Below, one piece after another: positions 52,236-64,000 of a stretch of DNA of 64,000 nucleotides (its first letter is position 1; each line of letters begins with the position of its first letter). Where the stretch lies: the NCBI RefSeq assembly GCF_018977255.1, contig NW_024704746.1:24366001-24430000 (forward strand). The letters are read 5' to 3'. A program made the translations under genes and the position numbers. The notes under the pieces were generated by a model, which ran no database searches, had not been told where the DNA came from, and saw only the letters and a program-made list of their open reading frames with translations. This DNA is from Callorhinchus milii. Its lineage: Eukaryota.

Positions 52236-55200
52236 ACCCCATTTATGAACACTTATCTGCTGAATTCCCATCAGCAGTACATTAGCAGCTTCATTCTGTA
52301 AAAGTATGAATCATATCCTTACTTTGGGACTGTTATAGAATTACCTACAGTATTAAATTTTCCTGTATTTGATGGCAGTAAATGTACCGATGCTGATTTT
52401 TGTGTTACGAATTACAATAAACTGGGTTTCGAATTGAGTCTGAATTAATCAATTTCCCAAATTCTGCAGAATCTTTCATTTTAAGCCATTGGCTCTAAGT
52501 TTAAGACTGATTTGCTAATTTTCTGTATTTACGTCTCTGATGTTGATTTAGGTTGCTTTTATTTCTTCTAATTAAAATAATACTTGATTAGGTTTGGTAC
52601 TTCATCACACCTCAAAGAACATCAGGCAAAGAGTTATTTTCAAGGATAGGTGTCTGCAGGCTGCTGTGACTCAGCAACAACAACTTATATTTATACAGCG
52701 CCCTTCACACAGGGTAGTGTCCTGGAGCATCAGTGACCCACAAATAGCAGTGAGATCAGTGGCAAATTAATAACTGTTCCCATAAAGAGTTAACACAGCC
52801 CGCTGTGAAACCTCCACTTAATCACGTTGACCTGGTTTTTATTACACTCTATTTTGGACAAATTACAGCTGTCTGTTCCATGCTGTCATTCTTTACAGCG
52901 TTCTGATATTCCACAGGCGAGTTACAAAACCTTTGGTGTCCTACTGGGTAATTATCAGGTATTGTTAAGGAAATGTGATCTTTTGAACATCAGGCAAGAG
53001 ACATCAGTGATAGTTAGAAATTACTTTGATCCACATTTTGAATTCATTCTGATGCTCGCCTGAAAAGCTTTTTAAACATAAGTATATCTTGCTTTTTTTT
53101 AAGCGAGCCCAAATGCAACTTCTAAGGCTAGTATCGCTCTGGCTGTGATTCATATAAAAATCTAACTGAGAAGCAAAATCCTTTTGATTTTCTTGCTTCG
53201 TCTCCAGTTGCTCTTCATATTTGCTCCAGTCTCTGAGACCCCGTGGAACTAATGGAAAAGAGAAAGCGGTTTCTCCCGCTGTCCTGGCCAACAATCCCCC
53301 CAAATAAGTCACTCACTTCATGGCTGTTTGTATAACACTGCCATGCGCCCACTAGACATATTCAGTGCAATTTATATAAACCTGTGAAGCGCTTTGAGAC
53401 GTCTCAAAGACATGATAAGGCACTACATCAAATGTAAGGATTCTTATTTATTATCATTATTATTATTTTTCTTGGAAATGTTCTTTCATTTCTCTTGGAA
53501 ATGGACCATAAATAATGTTTTACTCCCAATGTTTTTTCTACAAGATATTGTTTTCTTTTCCTTTTTAAGGGCAATTTGCATTCCATGTGCTGTTTGGGTT
53601 GGTGAGCTACAGATTAGCTACTTTCTGTTTAGTTTTGATGGGATGTCATATTATTTCTTGTTTGATATTGATTACTTCTCTCCTGATGGAAATTTTTTTT
53701 TTTGGTTTGCGGGTTCATTCTATCATTTTGATACTATCATTGTACATTATTATTATTCTCTTCTGTGCTGTCAGAGGATGGGTATAATAATAATAATCTT
53801 TGCATTTGATATAGCGCTTTTCACATCTTCGAGACGCCTCAAAGCGCTTTAATACAAGGTCAGTTTTGCTACGATAGGTTTCCTGAGCTCTAGATTGCCC
53901 GAATACCATTCACTATCCCTGATCCCAAATGATTTGATAAAGTCAAGTTTAAACCACTCCGGCTCAGGCTCGTCTCACACCAATTTTACACTCGCTGTTG
54001 AGTCATCTGGAGTGAGCCAGAGACCTCAACCCACACACAAAAATGGCCTGAGATACATTCAGGAACATTAGTTCCTCGAGCTCCAGTCAGGAAGCAATTC
54101 TCAATAAATAAAGAATTCTGAGAACGCTGCACACCAACTGCCAGGGGAGAGCGTCAGACCTCATTCTTTGTGTGAATCACCTGCCAGAGATCGATTTAGC
54201 TCAACTCACACAGCATAGCACAATTGTTCTGACCTGTGTGATCTCTTTAGTATCAGTACCGTGTTCCAATTTCCTCCCAAGATACGTGCACTCAAGCCAA
54301 CATGAAGCTGGGCCACGGAGGTGGTGGAGCCGAGTGAGTCCACAGATCTGTACTGCACTGTTTGTCTTCCAGCTTTATTAGTTCAGATTGTAATGCATCT
54401 TCTACATTTCATGGTGAATAGTTCATTTGAGAACCTAGGAATAACCAAGCCGACTCTCTCGAGACAGGAGACTGAGTGAAATGTACGACCCACCCATTCA
54501 GCTTCTGAGTGTTTTCATTTCAGATTTGGGGTCTCACTTCCTGCATCCCCACATTCCCAGTGTCAGCCTGGCTCAGTTGGTAGCACTGTTGACTCTAAAT
54601 CCGAAGGTGAAGGGTTCAAAGCCCACGACAGGACTTTGATACCCCAGGTCTAGGCTGACACTCCAATGCAATGCTGGGGATATGTTTTGGAAAAGGCATT
54701 GAATTATGATTCCATATTGCAATGGGGCATGTGTAGGATATCTCAGGCAGAAAATGTCATTACATTGTGCGGCCTTTCCTCATTTATCTACAAATCAGCT
54801 GCCTTGGAAAACCATTATCACGTATTTCCCAGACATTACCTTGAAGGCTTCTCCATCTTTTTGAAATACTCTTCCTTAAAAACATTAAGATTTGCTCTTT
54901 TATTGAAGCCGTTACAAAGACACATTGGTTTGTGTCAGACCTTTAGCAATTCCATTGACCCCTAAATGAGTCTGGTTCTCACATAGAACAGTCCTTTCCT
55001 TTAATGCCATTAGTAACACTGTAATTAAATGCGAGTGATTCCTGGACTAATCTGTGACATTCCCTTTGTAATTACATAATACTTCATAGCAGTCGAGTGT
55101 CTCTGCAGTTACAGCACAAACGTGGCACTTATGGGTGAATCAATTGGCCAATGGTTTGTGTGTAGCTATTAAGTGCTGCATTTAGTGCAGAAATTCTATA

Positions 55201-56847
55201 TGATGATCAGCTGAGTGTAACACTTGATATTTTGCTTGAGAACAGAACCTAAGTTTATGTTGTGCAACAAAGTGAAATGTTTTTCAGTAACAACAACAAC
55301 TTGCACTTATACAGCGCTCTCTACGTCTCAGAGCGCTTATCTGACTCCGAGCCGGGGGGGGGGGGTGAGGGGGGGGGGGAGGGGGGCAGTGGCTGTAAGC
55401 ACAGTCAAACGGGAAAGTTTTCAGGTAGAAATTGAAAGAGGAGAGCGGGGGGGCAAGGCGGAGGGGGATTGAGGAAGAGTGTTCCAGAGTTTTATGGATA
55501 TTCATATGAATAAATTCAAACGTTAGAGGCATAGGAAGTTACAGCACAGGAATCGATCGCTGCTGCCCCAGGGTGTCAGCTATATCAAATGCAAGATTAT
55601 TATTATTATTATCATCAGCAACAATTGACTCTTGCTTGAAAGTATGCTTGCCCAGACACTGGGTGAGGATAGGACAGAGCCCGGCTCTGACATACCCAAA
55701 CAAGTTGAAATAACATGCTTATTATTCACCGCTCTCATCTCATTCATTAAATAAGGTACTTGAGCCAGAAACCTGCTGGTATGGAGACCAACTGGTGTCC
55801 GTGAAGGCAGTCAGTCAGGGTCCTTTGGGAAAGGAAACTGGAAACAAAAAAGAAAAATTTGCATCTTGAATCAAATTTTGTGTAGGTCACATCTCTCACA
55901 AGAATACATTACATTAAAACTTCGTTTAGATTAAATTTGTTATTTAAGTCCTAGTAGGACATTGACATTTTTGTCAATATTAATAATAATACTTGTGTTT
56001 GGTATAGAGCCTTATCATGTTGTCGCTACATCTCGAATTGCTTCACTACATTTACTGTAAAGTTTTTGTGACTGTAATTTGTGGACAAAATCACTTATAA
56101 ATCTATTTTGCATTGGGGGCTTATTAAAATGATTTGTATTAAAGATGGTTTGTTTTGATTGAGCAAGCATTATTTATAAGCTTTTGCAAAAATTGCACTA
56201 ATATTTCTACTGATCTCGAACAATTAAATATCTGGTCCATTAATGAGACACTGTGCGACACATCAGATACCAATTTCCTATTGCCTAAGTAATCTGCATT
56301 CTACTTAGCAAAGGATTGAATTAAACATGAATATTTCTTGCAGCTTTTCAGATGAAGTCAATGGTAGGATCAAGCGACACGACATAAAAACAAACTTGTC
56401 AATCAACCTTAGCAACTCGTGTTAAATTTAATAGGCAACAGCTGATGTTTTCACTTCTGGCAGTTCATGATCATGAAATAACCGAAGTTGTCTCTTGACC
56501 TGTTGAGATTGAATGGTTTTATGTGAAGTTCATTTAACAAATTCGGTAACTGAGCCAATTTTATATTTAATTGGTTATAAAGGTACAGTGATATATACCT
56601 GGCATACACCATTAAGATGAACTGGGACATTTCTTTGTGGTTCTGCAACGCAGAGTATAAAACTAGTGGAACCATTGATTTACAGAATCGCTTTCATTGA
56701 ATAAATCTCTCATCCTTGTGAAGTGCAAGCTAGAATACAAATCGGGAATAATTGGTAATTCCAATTCAAGAGACTTGAAGATACTCTTACCTCTAGAACT
56801 ATCATCCTAAAATTTAAGATGGTGCAGAATTTTGGAAAAAATATGAA

Positions 56848-57178
56848 ATAATCCTTGCATTTGATATAGCACCTCATCACATCATTGAGGCGTCTCAGAG
56901 CACTTCACAGAATGTATTAGAAAGCCATTGATTGTGTATTTTGTGGTGAAACACGGCAGCCAATTGTGCACAACAGTGTCCCACAAACAAAAGTCTTGGA
57001 TTGAGTGATCAAATTTTTATTTTTGGAGGGATTATTACCCCCAGAAAGCGATTCGCCATTCGACTAAGAAACTGGATTCCTACTTACTCTGGGTAAATTG
57101 AGGCTTGTGAATTAAGGAAACTTGCCTAAGATTTGCCCCACCTGGGAATTGAACCTGGGTCCTCTCACTTGCGTGGCA
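56848..57178 (-). mobile_element. tRNA-derived SINE (long variant), head-to-head with the next SINE
   Basis: Reverse complement of the 34848 element. Confidence 0.8.
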
Positions 57179-57179
57179 T

Positions 57180-57508
57180 GGAGTCCTGTAGCTCAGTGGT
57201 TAGAGCACTCGCTTTGCAAGCGAGAGACCTGAGTTCAATCCCCGGCAGGTCAGTCAGGGCGAAACCTTGGGCAAGTTTCCTTACTCCACACAGAGCCTAA
57301 TAATAATCCCTTCAAAGCAAAACAATAATAAATTGGTCATTTTCAATCTACGACTGTTTGTGGGACATTGCTGTGCGCAATTGGCTGCCGCGTTCGCCCA
57401 CAAATATACAGTCAATTCACTTTACAGTGTGTTCTGTGAAGCGCTTTGGGACGTCCTCCCGACGTGAAAAGCACTATATCAAATGCAAGGATTATTATTA
57501 TTATTATT
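57180..57508 (+). mobile_element. Full-length tRNA(Ala)-like-headed SINE
   Basis: ggagtcctgtagctcagtggttagagcactcgctttgcaagcgagagacctgagttcaatccc head, Deu-like body, (ATT)n tail. Confidence 0.9.
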
Positions 57509-59453
57509 AAACCACTAAGATACAATCTTAATTTGGAAGACAAAGTTTTTCAAAAACAACTGCATTAAACCAGCTTTAAAATTGGGAATGAATTTAATTT
57601 GAGAACTTTTCCCAAGTTGTAAGACAACAATCTACGTGATCATTCCGAGCCCATGTAAGCAGTCAACCTTACAAAAGGCTTCAGATAGATAACCTGTGGC
57701 ACCTGTGCAGAAATGGTCTGTGTCACGTACGTTTGAACATGATGGATACTGATATATTTCTTCAAATTTTCCCGACACATCTGACATTTTTGTTTGAAGA
57801 TTCATGATATTTTCATCAAATAAGGCAACCGACCAATATCAAAGTGATAGCAAATCCCTGAAATATTCAGTTTCAATCATTTGTAGGCAACTGGCAACCC
57901 GCTGTACCTGAAAATGTTTCTATCTGCAGTGGATATGACAGCAGATTCTGTGCCTTATAGTCGTTCGGTAATTTTCTGCCCAGGATAAATCCTCTGCTCT
58001 GTAATCTTTGAAACTACAATCCCTGTCTATTTGTTACACTGAGACAGCAAAATTAAGAGAATTGTAGGAGGATGTTTGGTCTGATTTGAGGCTTGTCTGA
58101 AGGCAGCACAGAGAGAGATGAAAGGGTAAGAAGATAACACTGGAGATGAAGAGACGCTTGATCTCTTACCAATGTTTTTGGTTTTGAGCAAGTTTGCAGT
58201 CACAGCTGGGGTTTACAAAGCAAATGGTTATTTTTGCTCTTGCCAGCACACTCTTGTAGAATAATGTTCTAACAGTGTCTGGAGATTCTAGGTGTAAAGT
58301 CACGTATCCACAGTTTGGAAATGGATTCAGTGGGTGTCATTTTATCATCCCAGCATATACCAGGAAATTGGCAAATCTCACGAGCTCCCTTACACCACTC
58401 TTAATAATAATTAATAATCCTTGTGTTTGATATTGCGCCTTATCGCATTGTTGAGGCATCTCAAAGTGCTTCACAGAATATACTATAAATTGTAGTGACT
58501 GTGCATTATGTGGGCAAAACATAGCAGCCAATCTACAGGACGGCATTTCTGACAGTGCAGTATTGGAGAGTCAGCACAGACAAAGACTCAATGTGGGGCT
58601 TGACCCCACATACATTCTCACAATAGCTCACTGACTAATTGGGGTTTCCGATTTAAAAGGCTGCCCGAGAGTTCAACTTCAAAGCTCTTGAGAAGTATTT
58701 ATATTAAAGGTCACTCCTCATTCTCGATAGAAGGTGAATTGTGTCATTACTTTCAATGGCCACAAATGCCCAGAAAGCTTCCAAACTTAATTTATGTTGC
58801 TTTTGATAAAAGTCTGTTGTGAGCAGCGAAAATCCAATACATCACAAACAGAAAGTGATGTTTTTAAAATCAATATTGACTGAGGCAAAAAACACCTGTA
58901 AATCTCATCACATTTTGTGAGATTTAATGAAAAATAAACAGAAGCGCTGGGTGCAGGATTGTATTTTTCTACCGCCAAAGTGGAAGAATGATGAAACAAT
59001 TTTATTCTGTGCTTGTGGACAGATCTGTGTATCTGGGACAGTGCTACTTGCTTATTGTGCAATTGTGTTTCCAGTTTTATGCATTCCCCTTTGCTTCTGT
59101 CTCCGGATCAATGTTCTCATAGATTTAGATAGATTCTAAAGCACAGAAACAAGTTATTCAGCTCGTCCGTGCTAATATTTATACTCCACATGAGCCTTTA
59201 TCGATCCTAAACCCCCTTCTTAGCCTCCCACACTTTCATTCCTCTCCATTCCCTTCTCTCTTATATATACAATTGACGCCTGTTCATCTCCCACTAAACC
59301 CATTCCTTCACAGGCCTCAACACAATTTATTTCTGTGCAATTGGTCGCCGCGTTTCACCCAGAAAATATAAAGTCAATCCACTTTAAAATATATTCTGTG
59401 AAGCGCTTTGAGACATCTTAACAATGTAATAAGGCAATGTATCAAATGCAAGG

Positions 59454-59496
<43 letters not shown>

Positions 59497-61330
59497 CTCC
59501 TGAGGAATCCAGAACAGTACATTAGATTGTATCGAGCCAATAGAATAAGAAGGTTTATAGTTGCAAAGGGCAATTTTAGAACAGACACCAGGAAGTAATT
59601 TGTTATTTGGGAGGAATTAATGACAGGAACAGGTTGCCAAGAAGGGTGGCTGAGGCCAGGGGATGAACTCAGCTTGATGCTGTGATGGGAGGATGGGAGG
59701 GTGGGGATTTTCGAAGGTTAGTAAATCATCCTAAAGGACATAAATATAAGATTGCCAGTCGTAAATCTAATGGGAAGTTTAGGAGGAACTTCTTCACACA
59801 GAAGGTGATAAGAATGTAGAGGAGCCAGAACCTGTTGATGTAAAAAGTAAAAAGCACCAATTTGTCTTTACCCAAAAAATTGATTGATACCACGAGAGAG
59901 AAAGGGATGGAAGGGTGTAGGAGAGGGAAGTGGAGCAGTCATGCTCCTATGGAGTATAAACAACAGACTAGTTGGGCTGCGTATATTTGTGGGCGAAACA
60001 CAGCAGCCAATTGCACACAGCAATGTCCCACAAACAGTCATGGATTGAAAATGACCAATTTATTATTGTTTTGGTTTGGAGGGATTATTAGGTGTGTGGA
60101 GGAAGGAAACTTGCCCAAGGTTTCGCCCTCTGCCGGGAATTGAACCCAGGTCTCACTTGCAAGGCGATCTTGCAATCTGGTAACCTGGTGAGGAAACACA
60201 TGTAAAGTATCCAAAGAAGACACAGGGGTCTATCATATGCCAATCAATAACAATAGCCATCTCTTTCAATACTCACTGGGGCAATTACTATTTTCTTCAC
60301 AAGTTTCTGTGAAATCTTTCAATATTCCCACAATATACAATCAATTCACTTTGCAGTGTATTCTGTGAAGCGCTTTGAGACGTCTTGAAGACGTGATAAA
60401 TCGCTATATCAAATGCGAGGATTATTATTCACATGTTTAAAGTTCACCTTGGTTTCTGAACAGTCAACCAAATGCAACAACAACAACTTGCATCTGTATA
60501 GCACTGTTCACACAGGGCAGTGCCTCGAAGGGCTGCAAAGGAGCAGCTTAAAGAATTTCTCAGCTTGATGTGCATCTGACCTTATTGTGTTGATTTGCTT
60601 TCTCACAGTAGGTTCATTAATGGTGTCATAAGTAAGATTATACTAATGACAACCTGATTTTAAGGGAGAAAAAGAATGAATGAACATGAATGAAAGTCAA
60701 TTATGGCTTCCTATTCTTGTCAATTGGTTAAATGTATGATTTTCTGAGCAAATTTAGTTAGCTGTCAACTTTACATTCATCCAATTTTGTGTAGCAATTG
60801 GATCAAGGTCAACATTAATTACTATCCCTACAGGAGCAAATCAGATTACTTATTCAATGCGAATAAATAATGCAATATTGTTTCACACTTTTAGTAGTGG
60901 AAATAAATTACTCTAAAAAGCAGTAAATTGCTTTGAAATGCCAGTCATTGACATTCAATTCACTCCACTAGCTTTGTTTTATAGGTTCTTTCTCCTTCTT
61001 TGAGTCCCAGTGAAGCCTTTTGCAAATTATAATTCCACAACACTTACCTGTGTGAATTGAGCTCACGTCTAAGCTGAGACTCAGAGTGCTTCTTTATTGG
61101 AAGAGCCATTGTTTAGATGAAACGTTCAACTGAAGTCAGATGGATATAACAGATTTGAAAAGAGAAGAGTTTCTCCCAATGTTCCGGATAGCAATCCTCC
61201 AAATAAAATTGACCATTCATTCCACGGCTGTTTATGGTACATTGCTCTGCTCGTTTGTCTGCCACATTCACCTACAAAAATATACAGTCACTATACAATG
61301 CAGCACTTTGAAGTGTTTTGACAATGTGAC

Positions 61331-61641
61331 AATAATAATCCTTGCATTTGATATAAAGCTTTTCACGTCTTCTCGAAGTCTCAAAGCGCTTCACAGAATA
61401 GACTGTAAAGTGAATTGACTGTATATTTGTGGGTGAAACGCAGCAGCCAATTGCGCACAGCAGTGTCCCACAAACAGTCGTGGATTGAGTGACCAAATTA
61501 TTATTTTATTTATTTTCTTGAGGGATTATTATCAGGCGTGTGGGGTAAGGAAACTTGCCCAAGGTTTCGCCCTGCCCGCGAATCAAACCCAGGTCTCTCG
61601 CTTGTGAGGCGAATGCTCTAACCACTGAGCTACAGGACTCC
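61331..61641 (-). mobile_element. Full-length tRNA-derived SINE
   Basis: Same family as 57180-57508, in reverse orientation. Confidence 0.88.
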
Positions 61642-63224
61642 ACAACTATGTCAAAAGCGAGGATTATCAATATTACACTACAGTTGATGAACTCTTTAAT
61701 GTTTCTTCCCAATGTCATAAAGGGAGGTTGCTTGAGATTATAACCCCAAATGTAGAAGCCTATACTTGGTGAGATACATGTATGAGATTCTTGGTGTGAT
61801 GTGGGTTTGCAGGATTCTCAGTTGTTGTGCAGGGAAATTCGTGAACCTTCAGCGAAAGTTCTATTCCACTACGTCCACTACAGAGGGTTAACTCAGTTCT
61901 GTTCTATCCTTGGTCACCCTGGAGCTATCTCAGTTTAGCTCAGCCGCATGTCATTCAACTCCTCTCAAGACGAACAGAATGAAGGTATTGATTTTCTTCA
62001 TCTGTTGTGAATTAGGACAGACCAGATCTAAAGTTGAGGATCCAACAGTGAATTCTTCTATGTGTAACAATAGAACATCTCCAACATAAGCACAGCTTTC
62101 AAATCCTAAAGTTCTTTATCCATTTGTACTTTGATTTACAGAATTACCTCTGTGTGCACTGCCTTAGAACCCACGAAACATTGTTAAGGTCAAAGTATTT
62201 TTACGAGAACAGTTTTGTCTATTTTCCTCAATGAAACATCTTTAGAAATCAATTTGCTTCAGTAAAGCAACATGCATTAGCTGTAACTGATGAATTTAGA
62301 ACATCTGTCTTTCATTGACTTTGGGCCAAAGTGTCCTTTTAAAATTCTTCCCATTAGTTACTAAGTCATCCCAAAGGGACAGAATATTTTCTATGAGATA
62401 AACAATCAAAGCAACACGACATGAATTAACACTTACACAGTGTGTTTGGCATTGAGATTATCGATGCCCTCTTTGCTGTGTCTGGCCTGGAATCAATTTG
62501 TTTTGTACATATGAACTTTTTAAACTTGTGCGTTTCATTCTTACAAAAAAATCTGTCAGAGAAATGTAATGCAAATGCCCAAATCCAGGTCAATATGATT
62601 AACAACTAAAACCATTCTCCTGGGTGTTACACAGCAAAACATTAATATTGTCTACTGTGATCATTTTTTAAAAAATGACTTTTTAATCTAAGGCTCCATT
62701 GAATGCATTAAATGACCAGTCACGTCTTCATGACAAGCAAATTGTTTCTCTCATATTATTATATCAGGCAAGTAGTAATATGAATCACCATGGTACTGCT
62801 TTAATCACAGGAGCTGCATTGTACAATATTTAAGTTCATGTTTGCATTTGGAATCCACATCTGAATACTTTCATCTGCTCCTTTGTTCCAACTCAGAAAG
62901 AATGTTTTTAATTTTCTTTTTTAGGCTGTCGCTTTTATTGTTATCATCCTTTCTTTTAGGATTCCTTTCACTGTGTGACTGAATGATGCATCTTTAACAT
63001 TGTACTATACATACATATTTTATCAGATATAAAGTTTGCATGTGCAAAGAATGCAAAGTGGAAAGATGGCAGTGGAATAAAAGGCATCACTTACATCTGC
63101 CCAACGACTGTGAGCCCCAGTCTTGCTCAGTGATTTATACAATTGGCACCAAATATATAATCTCTGCTCGGCCAGATTCCTCATCCTATTGTGGTGTTTT
63201 ATCAGTTCGTTCATTGATGTCAAT

Positions 63225-63585
63225 CTGGCTCAGTTGGTAACACTCTCGCCTCTCAGTCAGGAGGTTGTGGTTTCAAGCCCCACATCGACAGTTGGAACTC
63301 ACAGTCTACACTGACATTCCAGCATTGGATTATTAGAGGTGCCATCTTTCGGATGAGAAGTTAAATTGAGGTCTGTCCTACCTGTTCAGGTTGATGTTAA
63401 AGATCCCGCAGCGCTATTGAAAAATAGGGAGTTTCCCCCATAGCACATGTTGCTACTGTGTGCATATTGGCTTCCACACTTGCCCCAAAAATCCACAGTC
63501 ACTTCACTTAACAGCGTTTCCTGTGAAACTCTTTAAGACGACCTCCCAACGTGAATAGTATTGTATCAAATGTAAGGATTATTAT
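63225..63585 (+). mobile_element. Older DeuSINE (SacSINE1-like) element
   Basis: tggctcagttggtaacactctcgcctctcagtcaggaggttgtggtttcaagcccc...ggtgccatctttcggatgagaagttaaattgaggtctg...aaagatccc; related copies near 24950-25300 and 54560-54680. Confidence 0.7.
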
Positions 63586-64000
63586 ATTTTTACGATAAAA
63601 ACAAGTTATTTTATTTTAATTAATACACAAACACTGATCCTGTCTCTCTTTATTAACATAGCTTCTTCCTTGTACGTTCTCTCAGTGCTAGAACAACCTT
63701 ACACTGTCCTAACACAGGACTATTAGCAGCTTATATTAGAACTCACTGATAATTGGATAAATAGGTATCATCAATGGCTACTCCTGTTTCTATGCAAACC
63801 CATTAATGTGACATGGCCAGCAATTGAGATATTGGGAGCTACAGCAGGTGAGGATTACCTCAGATATTAGCTTGCAGTTAGCATTGATTCATGAAAGGAA
63901 GTTTGTGGTTAAAAGGTTGTTGAACTTTTTTATAAAACAAACTTGACTAAAATGGTGGATGATGAAGGAAATGTCATTTTAGTGCTGTTTTACTTAGCTC

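Larger units (their letters stand above)
56451..63224 (-). pseudogene. Possible decayed multi-exon gene (candidate exons 63095-63224, 60277-60306, 58896-59032, 57731-57857, 56599-56729, 56451-56499)
   Basis: Chain of AG/GT-bounded unique segments of exon-like size that splice into one frame with only two internal TGA codons. No homolog recognised. Confidence 0.3.

Noticed and set aside
57180-57250. tRNA-Ala(TGC)-like gene (also at 34848, 36670, 38660, 61570, 63225)
   Set aside because: No proper acceptor stem, and the intact copies continue into a SINE body and tail; these are SINE heads.

Overview
Vertebrate genomic DNA with spliceosomal introns and dense SINE/LINE content. The repeat families (tRNA-headed SINEs with a Deu-like body and (ATT)n tail, L2/CR1 fragments, Penelope-like fragments) suggest a cartilaginous fish, possibly a holocephalan; this is an inference. 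The window holds the conserved block BTBD19(-) / DYNLT4=TCTEX1D4(+) / PLK3(-) / BEST4(+), in the same order and relative orientation as human 1p34.1. Exon structures of PLK3 (15 coding exons, exon 10 split around a G-rich repeat and a gap) and BEST4 (9 coding exons, about 443 aa) were read directly from splice sites. An extra gene I cannot name lies between PLK3 and BEST4: a type-I LRR transmembrane protein whose tail resembles LAT-type adaptors (four YxN motifs, YEEV, juxtamembrane CC), with an ETS/RUNX-rich putative promoter. Other oddities are a 181-bp templated inverted duplication inside a SINE, a fold-back hairpin in an old repeat, a tandem array of AG|GT splice motifs interrupting PLK3 exon 10, and a possible decayed multi-exon gene at 56-63 kb. 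There are three N gaps (10370-10394, 28706-28859, 29414-29985). All alignments and identities are by eye.
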